Positions 1 through 10,583 of a stretch of DNA of 64,000 nt are shown piece after piece. Within the stretch, counting starts at the first letter, position 1, and each line of letters starts with the position of its first letter. The notes beneath the pieces were generated by a model. It made no database searches, had not been told where the DNA came from, and was given only the letters and a program-made list of their open reading frames with translations. The position numbers and the translations under genes were made by a program. This DNA is from Syntrophorhabdaceae bacterium (GTDB lineage Bacteria; Desulfobacterota; Syntrophorhabdia; Syntrophorhabdales; Syntrophorhabdaceae): the NCBI GenBank assembly GCA_963666485.2, contig CAXXUO010000003.1:288001-352000 (forward strand), read 5' to 3'.

Positions 1-108
1 ACGGGGACCGTGAAAACATTCTCCCCGCTCCCCCGTATTATGCAGGACATCCTCAACGAGGGAGGGCTTGACGTGTATATCAGGAAATACAAGGGGTTCA
101 CGATCTAA
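1..108 (+). CDS. 3' end of a LeuD/HacB-type hydratase small subunit (partial)
   Basis: Frame 1 reads TGTVKTFSPLPRIMQDILNEGGLDVYIRKYKGFTI*, matching the P..MQ.IL..GGL..Y C-terminus of LeuD-like subunits; the stop abuts the icd ATG. Confidence 0.65.
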   Translation, partial: TGTVKTFSPLPRIMQDILNEGGLDVYIRKYKGFTI

Positions 109-1248
109 ATGGAGACGATCAGGGTTCCTATCATTGCCGGTGACGGCACCGGGGAAGATATCTGGAGTGCTTCGCGGGAGATATTCGAAGAGGCACTCCT
201 GAAGTCAACCGGCAACACGAAGAAGATCGAATGGATACCCGTCATAGCCGGCTTGAAGGCGTTGGAGCACAAGGACCACCTGCTGCCCGGCGATACCATC
301 GATGCGATAACAGACTGCAGCCTTGCTTTAAAGGGGCCGCTCACGACCCCGGTCGGGGGAGGTTTTCGCAGCGTCAACGTCTACCTGCGCCAGGTATTCG
401 ACCTGTATGTTTGCATGAGGCCGATACGCTGGTTCAAGGGCTTGCCGAGCCCATTGAAAAAGCCGGAGGTGGTCGATATGATCGTCTTCCGGGAGAATAC
501 CGAGGACCTGTACCGGGGGATCGAATGGCAGGCGGGGACTGACGACGCCCGCATCGTGATCGATTTCCTCAAGGACAAAATGGGCGTTGATCTTAGGCCC
601 GACAGCGGGGTCGGGGTGAAGCCGATCAGCCGCACCGGGACGGAGCGTTTTGCGCGGTGGTCGATGGACGCGGCCATCAGGATGGGGCGCAGGGCGATCA
701 CGATAGTCCACAAGGGCAACATCATGAAATTCACCGAGGGAGGTTTTCGGGAATGGTCGTATGAGACCGCCCGCGGATATAAAGAGCTGTCGGCGGAGTG
801 CGATCCGGGAAAGATAGAAGTGAACGACCGGATCGCGGACAACATGTTCATGCAGGTCATATCGAGGCCCGGCGACTATGATGTTCTTTTGTGCCCGAAC
901 CTCAACGGCGATTACCTGTCGGACGCCTGTGCGGCGCTGATCGGGGGCCTCGGTGTGGCGCCCGGCGCAAACTTTGGCGACAGTGTGGCGATCTTCGAGC
1001 CGACGCACGGGAGCGCCCCGAAATATGCCGGCAAGGACATGGTCAACCCGACCTCATTCATCCTGTCGGGGGCGATGTTGTTCGATCATGTAGGGCTTCC
1101 GGGGACGGCTGACATGATACGCCGGGGGGTCGAAAAGACGATTCAGGAAGGGATAGTGACGTACGACCTCGCGCGCCAGCTTGACGGGGTCAAGCCGGTG
1201 TCATGCTCCGGTTTCGGCTCCGAGGTCATAAAAAGGCTTCGTGCCTGA
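109..1248 (+). CDS. icd: NADP-dependent isocitrate dehydrogenase
   Basis: GDGTG, KGPLTTPVGGGFRSVNV, RENTED, VHKGNIMKFTEGGF, NLNGDYLSD and FEPTHGSAPKYAG motifs. Confidence 0.9.
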   Translation: METIRVPIIAGDGTGEDIWSASREIFEEALLKSTGNTKKIEWIPVIAGLKALEHKDHLLPGDTIDAITDCSLALKGPLTTPVGGGFRSVNVYLRQVFDLYVCMRPIRWFKGLPSPLKKPEVVDMIVFRENTEDLYRGIEWQAGTDDARIVIDFLKDKMGVDLRPDSGVGVKPISRTGTERFARWSMDAAIRMGRRAITIVHKGNIMKFTEGGFREWSYETARGYKELSAECDPGKIEVNDRIADNMFMQVISRPGDYDVLLCPNLNGDYLSDACAALIGGLGVAPGANFGDSVAIFEPTHGSAPKYAGKDMVNPTSFILSGAMLFDHVGLPGTADMIRRGVEKTIQEGIVTYDLARQLDGVKPVSCSGFGSEVIKRLRA

Positions 1249-1278
1249 AACACCTTAATTTATCCAGGGAAGGTAAAC

Positions 1279-2398
1279 ATGCTTGATGAGATCAAAGGAA
1301 AAATAGACGAACTCGACAGCCGCATCAGCGCGCTGCGAGGTTATCTTTGACCTCCCGAAACTCGAGGAGCAGCTCGCTGAACTGGATAAAGAGGTAGCAC
1401 GGTCCAGTTTCTGGGACGACCAGGAAAAGGCCCAGAAGGTCCTCAGGGACCGTTCGCGCATCGATGAAGAGCTAAGGTCCTGGCAGAAGAAAGAAGAAGA
1501 ACTCGAAGAGATCCACATCCTTTCCGATTTTATCCGGGAAACAGAAGATTCCGCAGACGTCGAGGAGTTGACCGCCCGGGTCGGGGCGCTCGATGAGTCC
1601 CTCGGCTCATACGAGATCGAGAGGATGCTTTCCGGGGAAAATGACGACAACAACGCCATTATGTTCATCAATTCGGGCGCGGGCGGCACGGAGGCACAGG
1701 ACTGGGCCGAGATGCTCTTCCGGATGTACCTGAAATGGGCCGAGCGCAAGGGCTTCACGAGCCAGGTCGTTGACCTCCTGCCGGGCGAAGAAGCGGGGGT
1801 CAAGAACGTCACCTTCATCATATCGGGAAAGCACGCGTACGGGTACCTCAAGTGCGAGAACGGGATCCATCGCCTGGTACGGGTCTCGCCGTATGACGCG
1901 AACAACCGCAGGCACACATCCTTCGCCTCCGTCTATGCCTATCCCGAGATACCGGAGGATATCGAGGTCGACATCCGGGAGGAGGACCTGAGGATCGATA
2001 CGTACCGGTCGAGCGGGCCCGGGGGGCAGCACGTTAACAGGACCGACTCCGCGGTGAGGATCACGCATATCCCCACGGGAATAGTCGTTCAGTGCCAGAA
2101 CGAGCGGTCCCAGCACAAGAACAAATCGATGGCGATGGCGATCCTGAAGTCACGGATCTACCAACTGGAGAAGAAAAAGCAGGAAGAGAAGATGGATTCC
2201 CTGAACAAGGAGAAGAAGGATATCGCCTGGGGAAGTCAGATACGTTCATACATTCTCCACCCCTACCGGCTCATCAAGGACCATCGCACGAAACACGAGG
2301 AGCACAACGCAGATGCGGTGCTCGACGGGGACATCGACACCTTCATAAAAGAATACCTTTTGTACTTGACTTTCGATCAGAAAAGAAAGGATAATTAG
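1279..2398 (+). CDS. prfB: Peptide chain release factor 2 with programmed +1 frameshift at CTT-TGA-C (1345-1351)
   Basis: ATG 1279 after an SD-like GGAAGG; 23 codons to CTT TGA C, preceded by an SD-like GAGG; the +1 frame continues into the ORF with GAGGTEAQDW, GIHRLVRVSPY and GPGGQHVN. Confidence 0.95.
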
Positions 2399-2404
2399 CT
2401 AGAT

Positions 2405-2659
2405 ATGGAAATTTTCAGCGTAAATAAAGAGATAATTAACGTAAACCGTATAGAAGAACTGGAAGAAAAGATCGACAGGCTCATCGATGGCTACCGCCTC
2501 ATGAAGAACGAAAATGAGAAACTGAAGGCGGAAATTGAGTCAATTCGCAACAGTGACAAGGACTTGGAAGGGAAAATGTCCGAGATTAGGGGCGAGCGGG
2601 AATTACTCATCGAAAAGGTCCAAAAGATACTCGAGAAAGTTGAAAAAGTAGAGATCTAG
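2405..2659 (+). CDS. ZapB-like coiled-coil cell division protein
   Basis: 84-aa heptad coiled coil directly upstream of zapA. Confidence 0.65.
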   Translation: MEIFSVNKEIINVNRIEELEEKIDRLIDGYRLMKNENEKLKAEIESIRNSDKDLEGKMSEIRGERELLIEKVQKILEKVEKVEI

Positions 2660-2667
2660 GGGTTCAC

Positions 2668-2967
2668 ATGGAAAAGAAGGTTGAAGTAACCATTCTGAAA
2701 CAGCCTTTTACTTTCGTAGGTGAGGACGATGAGAGGATAAAACGCGACGCTCATTACGTTGCGGACAGGATAGATCACGTTGTCGACCGGTACGGGATAG
2801 TCAACACCCTGAACGCTGTCATCATGGCAATGATGGAACTGGCAGACGAATACCTGGAGATGAAAAAGCAGGTAGAAAAGGTGGATGGAAGGACTCTTCG
2901 GCTTATTAAGAAGTTCGAAGATATTGAAAACATAGATGTTCCCTGCGGTGTTCGTGATAGGCGGTAG
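2668..2967 (+). CDS. zapA: Cell division protein ZapA
   Basis: V.VTIL..F, A.YV..RI and AM.LADEY motifs; zapA-6S-rny synteny. Confidence 0.85.
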   Translation: MEKKVEVTILKQPFTFVGEDDERIKRDAHYVADRIDHVVDRYGIVNTLNAVIMAMMELADEYLEMKKQVEKVDGRTLRLIKKFEDIENIDVPCGVRDRR

Positions 2968-3110
2968 GCTGTGAGCCAACACCTCAGCACAGGGAGCCGT
3001 TCCCTGTTGTTGTGTGCATGCTCACCTATGTGAGAAGCCTGATGCAATATAACGGCACCCACGTGAAAACGAGGTTCAAGACATATCGTCTACACGGCAT
3101 CTGCGGGGCT
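2938..3110 (+). ncRNA. ssrS: 6S RNA
   Basis: 5' CCCTGCGGTGTTCGTG pairs with 3' CACGGCATCTGCGGGG; central AGGGAGC and 3' GGTTCAAG; canonical position between zapA and rny; ends approximate. Confidence 0.85.
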
Positions 3111-3275
3111 AATTTTAAGGGGTAAGGCATAAGGAAACAAGAGGTTTGATATAGATCATTTCAAGCTCTCTCGGAGGGATTTCGCATAGAGATGTAAAAA
3201 GTTTTTAAGTTAATCCTCTTTCTTTCCTTGTAATTGCACCCCCTTAATAATATTGAGATAGATTAGGGGGTTTCC

Positions 3276-4829
3276 TTGATTACAATTGTTGTAGCTGCTA
3301 TTGCTTTTGTCGTAGCCCTCTTCATCGGATTCTTTCTTACAAAATTAATTCATCAGAAAAAAGTAGGCGAGTACGATAAGATCGGGAAAAAGATCCTCGA
3401 CGATGCCAAGAAAGAGGCAGACGTCCTTATGCGCGAGGCGTCCATCCAGGCCAAGGACATTGTCCTCCAGGCCCGCAACGAGATCGAGCAGGAGGTAAAA
3501 GCCCGCAAGATCGAGATGCAGAACACGGAGCGGAGGCTTTCGCAGAAAGAGCTGAACATAGACAAGAAGCTCGACACTCTCGAGAAAAAAGAGGAAGACC
3601 TCGGCCGCAAGGACCGCGAGGTCTCGAACAAGAACAACCAGCTCGAATCGAAGCTGAAGGAGCAGGAGAATCTCCTTGCCCGTGCCCGGGAAGAACTCGA
3701 GAAGGTATCGGGCATGACGTCCGAAGAGGCGAAGAAGATGCTCATTCAGGGCTTAGAGCAGGAAGCCCGCTTCGAATCTCTCAAGATGATAAAGAAGATC
3801 GAAGAAGAGGCGCGGGAAAAAGCCGACAAGAAGGCGAAGGAGATCATCGCCTTTGCCATTCAGCGATATGCGGGCGAATACGTGGGCGAGGATACGGTCT
3901 CCGTTGTCCCGCTTCCCAACGAGGAGATGAAAGGCAGGATCATCGGAAGGGAAGGGCGGAACATACGCGCGCTTGAGGCGGCGACCGGCGTCGATATCAT
4001 TATCGATGACACGCCCGAAGAAGTCATCCTCTCCTGTTTCAACCCGGTGCGCAGGGAAGTTGCGCGCATCGCCATAGCGAAGCTTATCAGCGACGGCAGG
4101 ATCCACCCGGCACGGATCGAGGAGATAGTATCCAAGGTTGCCGAGGAGATGGAGGAGAAGATAAAGGAAGCCGGCGAACAGGCCGTGTTCGACCTCGGCG
4201 TTCACAATGTCCACCCGGAGCTGGTCAAGCTTCTCGGGCGGCTGAAATTCCGCAGCAGCTATGCCCAGAACATCTACCAGCATTCGCTGGAAGTGGCATT
4301 CATCTGCGGAGCCATCGCCTCGGAGCTCAAGATCAGTGTTAAAGAGGCAAAGAGGGCGGGGCTCCTCCACGATATCGGCAAGGCCGTCGATCACGAGGTG
4401 GAAGGTTCCCATGCTACCATAGGCGCAGACCTTGCCCGGAAGTACGGAGAGAGCGAAGAGATCATCCACGCGATCCTCGCCCACCACGAGGACGTCGAGG
4501 TCAAGAGCCTTCTCGATGTTATCGTACAGGCAGCGGATGCATTGTCCGGGGCACGTCCGGGAGCGCGCCGTGAAATGCTCGAAACGTACATCAAGCGGCT
4601 CCAGGAACTGGAGAAGATCGCCAATGCGTTCCAGGGCGTTGAGAAATCATATGCGATCCAGGCAGGACGGGAGATCCGCATCGTTGTGAACAGCGAGAAG
4701 ATCAACGACGATAGTATCATCATGATGTCAAAGGACATCGCGAAGAAGATAGAGACCGATCTGAGCTATCCGGGCCAGATCAAGGTTGTTGTCATCAGGG
4801 AAACGCGCTCGGTCGAATATGCCAAATGA
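3276..4829 (+). CDS. rny: Ribonuclease Y
   Basis: N-terminal TM, coiled coil, KH domain ([14 protein letters not shown]), HD domain (GLLHDIGKA), RPGARRE. Confidence 0.97.
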   Translation: MITIVVAAIAFVVALFIGFFLTKLIHQKKVGEYDKIGKKILDDAKKEADVLMREASIQAKDIVLQARNEIEQEVKARKIEMQNTERRLSQKELNIDKKLDTLEKKEEDLGRKDREVSNKNNQLESKLKEQENLLARAREELEKVSGMTSEEAKKMLIQGLEQEARFESLKMIKKIEEEAREKADKKAKEIIAFAIQRYAGEYVGEDTVSVVPLPNEEMKGRIIGREGRNIRALEAATGVDIIIDDTPEEVILSCFNPVRREVARIAIAKLISDGRIHPARIEEIVSKVAEEMEEKIKEAGEQAVFDLGVHNVHPELVKLLGRLKFRSSYAQNIYQHSLEVAFICGAIASELKISVKEAKRAGLLHDIGKAVDHEVEGSHATIGADLARKYGESEEIIHAILAHHEDVEVKSLLDVIVQAADALSGARPGARREMLETYIKRLQELEKIANAFQGVEKSYAIQAGREIRIVVNSEKINDDSIIMMSKDIAKKIETDLSYPGQIKVVVIRETRSVEYAK

Positions 4830-5598
4830 CAGTTTTACAGTCCTCTTCCTCGGTGACGTTATCGGGAAGCCGGGAAGGAAAGCGGTGGCCCAGTACCTGC
4901 AGAGGTCCCGCGCGGATTTCACCGTCATCAACGGGGAGAACCTTGCGGGCGGTATAGGCATAACGGGGCGGACCGCCGCCGAGATGCTCGCCCTCGGGAT
5001 CGACGCCATCACAACCGGCAACCACGTCTGGAAAAAGAAAGAGGTTGCAACGTACCTCATGGAAGAGCAGCGCGTGATCCGGCCGCTCAATTATCCGAAG
5101 GGGACCCCGGGGTTCGGTTATACCGTGGTAAGGAAGAACGGCATTGCCCTGTGCGTCGCCAACATCGAGGGGCGCATCTTCATGAACTCGCTGGATTGCC
5201 CTTTCCGGGCGATGGAGGATTTCCTCGAGGAACAGGGCCCGGAAATACCTATTATCGTCGATTTCCATGCGGAGGCGACGTCGGAGAAGATCGCAATGGG
5301 TTGGTTCCTCGACGGCAGGGTCGCTGCCCTGATGGGAACGCACACGCATGTCCAGACCGCGGACAACAGGGTATTGCCGAAGGGGACCGGGTATATCACG
5401 GACGCGGGCATGACCGGCCCGGCCGATTCCGTCATCGGGATGGATAAAGAGGGCGTCCTCGAGAGGTTTTACACCCAGATGCCCCAGAAGTTTGAGGTGG
5501 GCAGGGATGATGTCGAGGTCCAGGGAGTTCTGCTGACGATCGGAAAAGACGGCAACAAGTGCCTCGACATAACGAGGATCAAGGAAAAAGTAGCATAA
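4819..5598 (+). CDS. ymdB: YmdB-family metallophosphoesterase
   Basis: [35 protein letters not shown]; follows rny; start taken at ATG 4819. Confidence 0.9.
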   Translation: MPNDSFTVLFLGDVIGKPGRKAVAQYLQRSRADFTVINGENLAGGIGITGRTAAEMLALGIDAITTGNHVWKKKEVATYLMEEQRVIRPLNYPKGTPGFGYTVVRKNGIALCVANIEGRIFMNSLDCPFRAMEDFLEEQGPEIPIIVDFHAEATSEKIAMGWFLDGRVAALMGTHTHVQTADNRVLPKGTGYITDAGMTGPADSVIGMDKEGVLERFYTQMPQKFEVGRDDVEVQGVLLTIGKDGNKCLDITRIKEKVA

Positions 5599-5645
5599 TC
5601 CTGGCTTCACAACGCAATTCAATTCACAAATGATACGGAGAGATC

Positions 5646-6869
5646 ATGGGTATTGATGAACAGGTTGCGGTTATCAAAAGGGGAGCGGTCGACCTGATAA
5701 ATGAAAAGGAACTCAGGGACAAGCTCGCACGGTCCGAAGCGCAGAAAAAACCTCTCAGGGTCAAGCTGGGGATGGACCCGACAGCACCGGACCTGCACCT
5801 CGGACATACGGTCGTTCTCCAGAAGCTCAAGCAATTCCAGGAACTCGGGCATGTCGCTGTCTTCCTGATCGGTGATTTCACCGGGATGATCGGCGACCCC
5901 ACGGGACGCAACGAGACGCGCCCGGCGCTCACCCGGGACGAGATAATGGCAAATGCCGAGACGTACAAGAAACAGGTCTTCAAGATCCTTGATCCCGACA
6001 GGACAGAGATCCGCTACAACAGCGAATGGTTCGAGACGATAACGGCGGCGGACATGATACGGCTTTGTGCCCAGTACACGATGGCGCGGATCATGGAGCG
6101 CGAGGACTTCCGGAACCGCTTTCAGAACAACATGCCGATCTGTATCCATGAGTTCCTCTATCCGCTCGTGCAGGGGTATGACTCTGTCGCTCTCGAGGCG
6201 GACGTAGAACTCGGGGGCCATGACCAGATATTCAACCTGTTCGTGGGCCGCGACATTCAGAAGGCGTATGGGCAGGAATCCCAGGTCCTCGTCACCGTTC
6301 CCCTGCTCGAAGGTACCGACGGGATCAATAAGATGAGCAAGAGCTATGGGAATTACGTTGGCATAGACGAACCCCCCGATGAGATGTTCGGCAAGCTCAT
6401 GTCTATATCCGACGACCTCATGATCAAATATTATGAACTCCTGAGCGACATCCCGCTTGAAGGCCTGAACGCCCTGAAGGCCGGGATGGCGAACGGCACT
6501 GTGCATCCGAAACAGGCAAAAGTTGACTTCGCAAAGGAGATCATAACCCGTTTCCACGGTGAGGCGGCGGCTGATGCAGCCCACGAGAATTTTGAAAAGA
6601 CATTCCGTGATAAAGGCATACCCGACATTATAGAAACCTGGTCTATTCAGAGTCTTCCGCCCTTAATCTCAATACCTCATCTTTTGAAAGAAGCCAGTAT
6701 GGTTTCTACAACATCCGAAGGCATGCGGATGCTTGAACAGGGGGGCGTGTCATTCGCCGATATTACAGGAGGACAGTTTCTGAAAATATCCGCGAAAGAG
6801 ATGCCGAAAACAGAACTATTAGGCAAGGTCATCAAGGTCGGGAAAAGAAAGTTCAAAAAGCTCGTGTAG
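5646..6869 (+). CDS. tyrS: Tyrosyl-tRNA synthetase
   Basis: [11 protein letters not shown] (HIGH), KMSKS, C-terminal S4 domain ending VGKRKF. Confidence 0.97.
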   Translation: MGIDEQVAVIKRGAVDLINEKELRDKLARSEAQKKPLRVKLGMDPTAPDLHLGHTVVLQKLKQFQELGHVAVFLIGDFTGMIGDPTGRNETRPALTRDEIMANAETYKKQVFKILDPDRTEIRYNSEWFETITAADMIRLCAQYTMARIMEREDFRNRFQNNMPICIHEFLYPLVQGYDSVALEADVELGGHDQIFNLFVGRDIQKAYGQESQVLVTVPLLEGTDGINKMSKSYGNYVGIDEPPDEMFGKLMSISDDLMIKYYELLSDIPLEGLNALKAGMANGTVHPKQAKVDFAKEIITRFHGEAAADAAHENFEKTFRDKGIPDIIETWSIQSLPPLISIPHLLKEASMVSTTSEGMRMLEQGGVSFADITGGQFLKISAKEMPKTELLGKVIKVGKRKFKKLV

Positions 6870-6976
6870 ACCACACTTGCTCTTGACTTTGGGCGGTATT
6901 TGTAGTTAATTTAATCCCATTGTTCGTGGCCGCCCTGCGTGGCCGTGCTATTTGAAATACTGAAAATGAATTCCAC

Positions 6977-7050
6977 TCCCCGGTAGCTCAATCGGCAGTA
7001 GCGTCTGGCTGTTAACCAGTAGGTTGCAAGTTCGAGTCTTGCCCGGGGAG
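6977..7050 (+). tRNA. tRNA-Asn (GTT), CCA not encoded
   Basis: Acceptor TCCCCGG/CCGGGGA, anticodon loop CT-GTT-AA, T arm GCAAG-TTCGAGT-CTTGC. Confidence 0.9.
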
Positions 7051-7058
7051 CTTTTTTT

Positions 7059-7079
7059 CGTAAGGCGTAAGGCGTAAGG
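7059..7079. repeat. (CGTAAGG)x3 heptamer tandem repeat
   Basis: Read directly; the same unit occurs at 18183-18210. Confidence 0.9.
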
Positions 7080-7184
7080 AGTAGACGATAACACCTTGCG
7101 CCTTCCTTTTTTCTTTCGTTATGGCAGGCTTTCCCTCTATAATAGGTGCGGTTCTTCAATCTTTTAGACTTGGAATTTGGCGCG

Positions 7185-8759
7185 ATGCTGTCTATCTTTC
7201 CTTTTGAAAACGATATTCCCCCTGAAATGCTGAAAGGGATTCCCGTGGCCGGCAAAGACTATCTGCGCGAGGGGAGGGTGGACCACTGGCGGGGACCCTT
7301 CAGGGAAGTCCAGTCTCCGCTGCTCATGCGGACCGTCGCCGGTCTTTCTCAAAGGCGGATCGGTTCCGTTCCGTCTATGGATGAAGACGCATCCTTAAAC
7401 ATTCTTCGTGAGGCCCGGGGCGCATTCGGCAACGGCCGGGGGAAGTGGACCGCGATGCCTGCGTATGAAAGGGCTGCATGCTTCGAGGCATTCCTCAAGA
7501 AAATAGAGGAGTCGAGGGAGGACATTGTACGCCTTCTTCAGTGGGAAATAGGAAAGACGGCGCGGGAATCGGTCAATGAGTTCGAACGTGCACTTTCCTA
7601 CGCCCGGTCCTGCCTCAACGTGATCGCCGAACATGCGCATGCGAAAGGCAGCATCTTCGAAAGCGGTGGTATTTCGGGCACGCTTGACCGGACACCCCGG
7701 GGCACGGTCCTCATCATGGGCCCTTTCAATTATCCGCTTTTCGAAACGATGACAGCCATGGCCCCGGCTCTGCTTTCGGGTAACACGGTCATCATAAAGC
7801 CTCCGCGCCTGGGATGCCTCTTTTTTCAGCATATCTTGAGGCCTGTGGAGGAGATCTTCCCGAAAGGCACGGTCAATTTTGTGTACGGGGAAGGACGACG
7901 GATCATTCCCCCTCTTCTTTCTTCCGGAGGGATCGACGTCTTCTATTTTATCGGCACGAGCTCGGTTGCGGCCTATCTCCGGGGGCTTCACCCGAAGCCG
8001 CACCGGCTCAAGTGTATCCTCGGCCTCGAGGCGAAGAACCCGGCCATACTGTTGCCCGACACAGATATCGGTACGGCAGCGTCCGAATGCGCAAAGGGCG
8101 CGTTGACCTTCAACGGCCAGCGCTGCGCCGCCCTGAAAATACTGTTTGTCCATCGTTCTCTAGCGGAACGGTTCAACGAAGAATTCGTAAAGAACATCGC
8201 CGGGTTCAAGTTCGGGATGCCCTGGGAAGACGGCGTGGTCATAACACCCCTTGCGGAATCCGACAGGGCAGAGTACCTCTCCGGTCTGGTCGACGATGCG
8301 TTGGAACTTGGCGCACGTGTAATAAACGACGGGGGAGGGGATACGGCCGGCACCTTCTTCTACCCGGCCCTTTTGTACCCGGCATCCGCCGCCATGCGCG
8401 TCTGCAGGGAGGAGCAGTTCGGCCCTGTCGTGCCCATAGTTCCCTACGATGATCTGGAAGAGCCTCTGCGCTATATCAGGGATTCGAATTATGGACAGCA
8501 GGCGAGCATTTTCGGCCAGGACAGGGCGCAGTTAACTGAACTGGCAGATCACCTGGTCCACCATGTATCGCGCGTGAACATCAACTGTCAGTGCCAGCGA
8601 AGCCCCGACGCCATCCCGTTCACCGGCCGCAAAGACTCCGCGGAAGGAAGTCTCTCAACATCAGAAGCGGTAGAGGCTTTTACGGTACCAACGTTTATAG
8701 CAACGAAGACAGGTTCAAGGTTCAAAGTTCAAAGTTCAAAGTTCAAGGCTGGGTTGTAA
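7185..8759 (+). CDS. Aldehyde dehydrogenase family protein (non-phosphorylating GAPN-like)
   Basis: GPFNYP, FIGT, LGLEAKNP, NGQRC (catalytic Cys), EEQFGP; start uncertain (7146 or 7185). Confidence 0.8.
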   Translation: MLSIFPFENDIPPEMLKGIPVAGKDYLREGRVDHWRGPFREVQSPLLMRTVAGLSQRRIGSVPSMDEDASLNILREARGAFGNGRGKWTAMPAYERAACFEAFLKKIEESREDIVRLLQWEIGKTARESVNEFERALSYARSCLNVIAEHAHAKGSIFESGGISGTLDRTPRGTVLIMGPFNYPLFETMTAMAPALLSGNTVIIKPPRLGCLFFQHILRPVEEIFPKGTVNFVYGEGRRIIPPLLSSGGIDVFYFIGTSSVAAYLRGLHPKPHRLKCILGLEAKNPAILLPDTDIGTAASECAKGALTFNGQRCAALKILFVHRSLAERFNEEFVKNIAGFKFGMPWEDGVVITPLAESDRAEYLSGLVDDALELGARVINDGGGDTAGTFFYPALLYPASAAMRVCREEQFGPVVPIVPYDDLEEPLRYIRDSNYGQQASIFGQDRAQLTELADHLVHHVSRVNINCQCQRSPDAIPFTGRKDSAEGSLSTSEAVEAFTVPTFIATKTGSRFKVQSSKFKAGL

Positions 8760-8859
8760 AGGTTCCGATCATGCAGGACAGTCAGCCCTTCTCCGATTGA
8801 AGTCTTGCACCGGTATGTTTTTAACGTTGAACCTTGAACGTTGAACCTTGAACCATCTT
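8706..8859. repeat. Inverted pair of GTTCAA(A/G) heptamer arrays
   Basis: (GTTCAAR)x5 at ~8712-8748 and the reverse complement (TTGAACS)x4 at ~8827-8854, between convergent genes. Confidence 0.9.
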
Positions 8860-9969
8860 TTACGTTCTATTCCACGCCTTCCATTTCATCTTGAACGCCT
8901 CTGCCACTGCCGGATGGGTTATGGTGCCTCGCCGCATGTTTATCCCTGAAGCGATCGTGAGGTCGCGCTCCGCGGCTTTCTTGACGCCCTGGGATGCAAG
9001 GGTGCGTACGTAGGGCAGTGTAGCGTTCGCGAGGGCAAATGTCGCTGTCCTGGGGACGGATGCCGGCATGTTGGGAACTGCGTAATGTATGACGTCGTAG
9101 AGTTTGTATATCGGCTCCGCGTGTGATGTCGGGCGTATTGTCTCGACTGAGCCCCCCTGGTCGATCGAAACGTCGACGATGATCGAGCCGGGTTTCATGC
9201 GGGAAACCATCTGCTCGGTAACAAGGACCGGTGCACGGGCGCCGGGCACGAGGACGGCGCCGATGACGACGTCTGCAACCTCAAGGATCTTTTGAATCGA
9301 GTACGGCGTCGAGTATAACGTGGTCACGCAGCCGTGCATTATGTCCTCGACATAGCGCAATCTCTCGTGGGAGATGTCGAATACCGTTACATGGGCACCC
9401 AGGCCGGAGGCGATTGCGGCCGCATTCAATCCCACGATGCCGCAGCCGATGATGACGACTTCGGCCGGGGCGACGCCGGGAACACCGCTCAAAAGGATGC
9501 CGCGTCCGCCGTAATCCGACTCGAGAAAACGCATCGCCACCTGCACGGATATACGCCCCGCCACCTCGCTCATGGGAATGAGAAGGGGAAGGCGGCCATC
9601 CTTGTCTTCCATCGTTTCGTACGCTATCCCTGTTATTTTCCGTTTGAGTAGTCCCAGTGTAAGTTTTTCCGAGGATGCGAGGTGGAGGTATGTAAAGGCT
9701 ATCTGCCCCTCCTGCAGGAGGGGCCATTCCACCTCGAGGGGCTCTTTGACCTTCACTATCATATCCGACCGGGCGAATACGGACCGCCTGTTGTCGACGA
9801 CCTCCGCGCCCTGGTTTGCGTATTCTTCGTCCGTAAGGCCGCTTCCGAGGCCGGCCCCTTTCTCGACGAGGACGCTGTGTCCATCGAGAACAAGGGCATG
9901 AACGCCGGCAGGCGTCATCGATACCCGGTTTTCACCTTCTTTGATCTCTTTCGGTATGCCTACTATCAT
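8860..9969 (-). CDS. ald: Alanine dehydrogenase
   Basis: [51 protein letters not shown]. Confidence 0.95.
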   Translation of the reverse strand: MIVGIPKEIKEGENRVSMTPAGVHALVLDGHSVLVEKGAGLGSGLTDEEYANQGAEVVDNRRSVFARSDMIVKVKEPLEVEWPLLQEGQIAFTYLHLASSEKLTLGLLKRKITGIAYETMEDKDGRLPLLIPMSEVAGRISVQVAMRFLESDYGGRGILLSGVPGVAPAEVVIIGCGIVGLNAAAIASGLGAHVTVFDISHERLRYVEDIMHGCVTTLYSTPYSIQKILEVADVVIGAVLVPGARAPVLVTEQMVSRMKPGSIIVDVSIDQGGSVETIRPTSHAEPIYKLYDVIHYAVPNMPASVPRTATFALANATLPYVRTLASQGVKKAAERDLTIASGINMRRGTITHPAVAEAFKMKWKAWNRT

Positions 9970-10001
9970 CGTACCTCCATTTCAGTGAGCGAATTTAAGC
10001 A

Positions 10002-10517
10002 TCACGTGTCACGTACAGTGAATCTCCATTTACAGAACATATCATCGGGGTGTTCGTCGGGCGGTGCGAAGACACATTCGACCCTGATGGACGGGTCGAC
10101 GGCGCGGGCAATGCTCTTGAACTCCCCTTCGTGCATATGCTTGCAGACAAATTCCCCGAGGCCTCTCTGCAGGCGCGCCTCCTGCGTGGGACAATTCGGG
10201 ACCGTCACAATGAGCTCGTCATCTTTTTCCTCGATCTGATAATCGACGATTATGGTCCAGGGGAACATTTTCAAGACCTTGTGAAAGCCCCGGAGACCTT
10301 TTTCCGTGACATCGAACCGCTGAAGCAGGTTGTGTACCCCCATCTCGGGGACGCGCGACCATACCTTCTCGTTTATCCGTTCCGCCTGCTCCTGGCCGTA
10401 CTGGTCATTGACATAGATGAACCAGAAGGCATCCACGACGCGGTAATGCCACAGAAGAAAACCGAGATAATTCCGGAGCTGGTCCTCATCCATGGTATCA
10501 AAAACGGACAAATTCAT
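10002..10517 (-). CDS. DUF6125-like conserved protein
   Basis: DAFWF, CPTQEAR...GLGEFVCK and [12 protein letters not shown] motifs. Confidence 0.7.
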   Translation of the reverse strand: MNLSVFDTMDEDQLRNYLGFLLWHYRVVDAFWFIYVNDQYGQEQAERINEKVWSRVPEMGVHNLLQRFDVTEKGLRGFHKVLKMFPWTIIVDYQIEEKDDELIVTVPNCPTQEARLQRGLGEFVCKHMHEGEFKSIARAVDPSIRVECVFAPPDEHPDDMFCKWRFTVRDT

Positions 10518-10583
10518 CAGGTCCTCCTTAATTTAGTGGATGCACGGTATCTTTTATTGTAAATTAGTGAACCCCAAAAGACA

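Noticed and set aside
1568..2398. prfB starting at TTG 1568
   Set aside because: Artefact of the programmed frameshift; the true start is 1279
6977..7050. tRNA-Asn as a pseudogene (C13-U22 and U27-U43 mismatches, no CCA)
   Set aside because: Acceptor and T stems are perfect, such mismatches occur in functional tRNAs, and CCA can be added enzymatically
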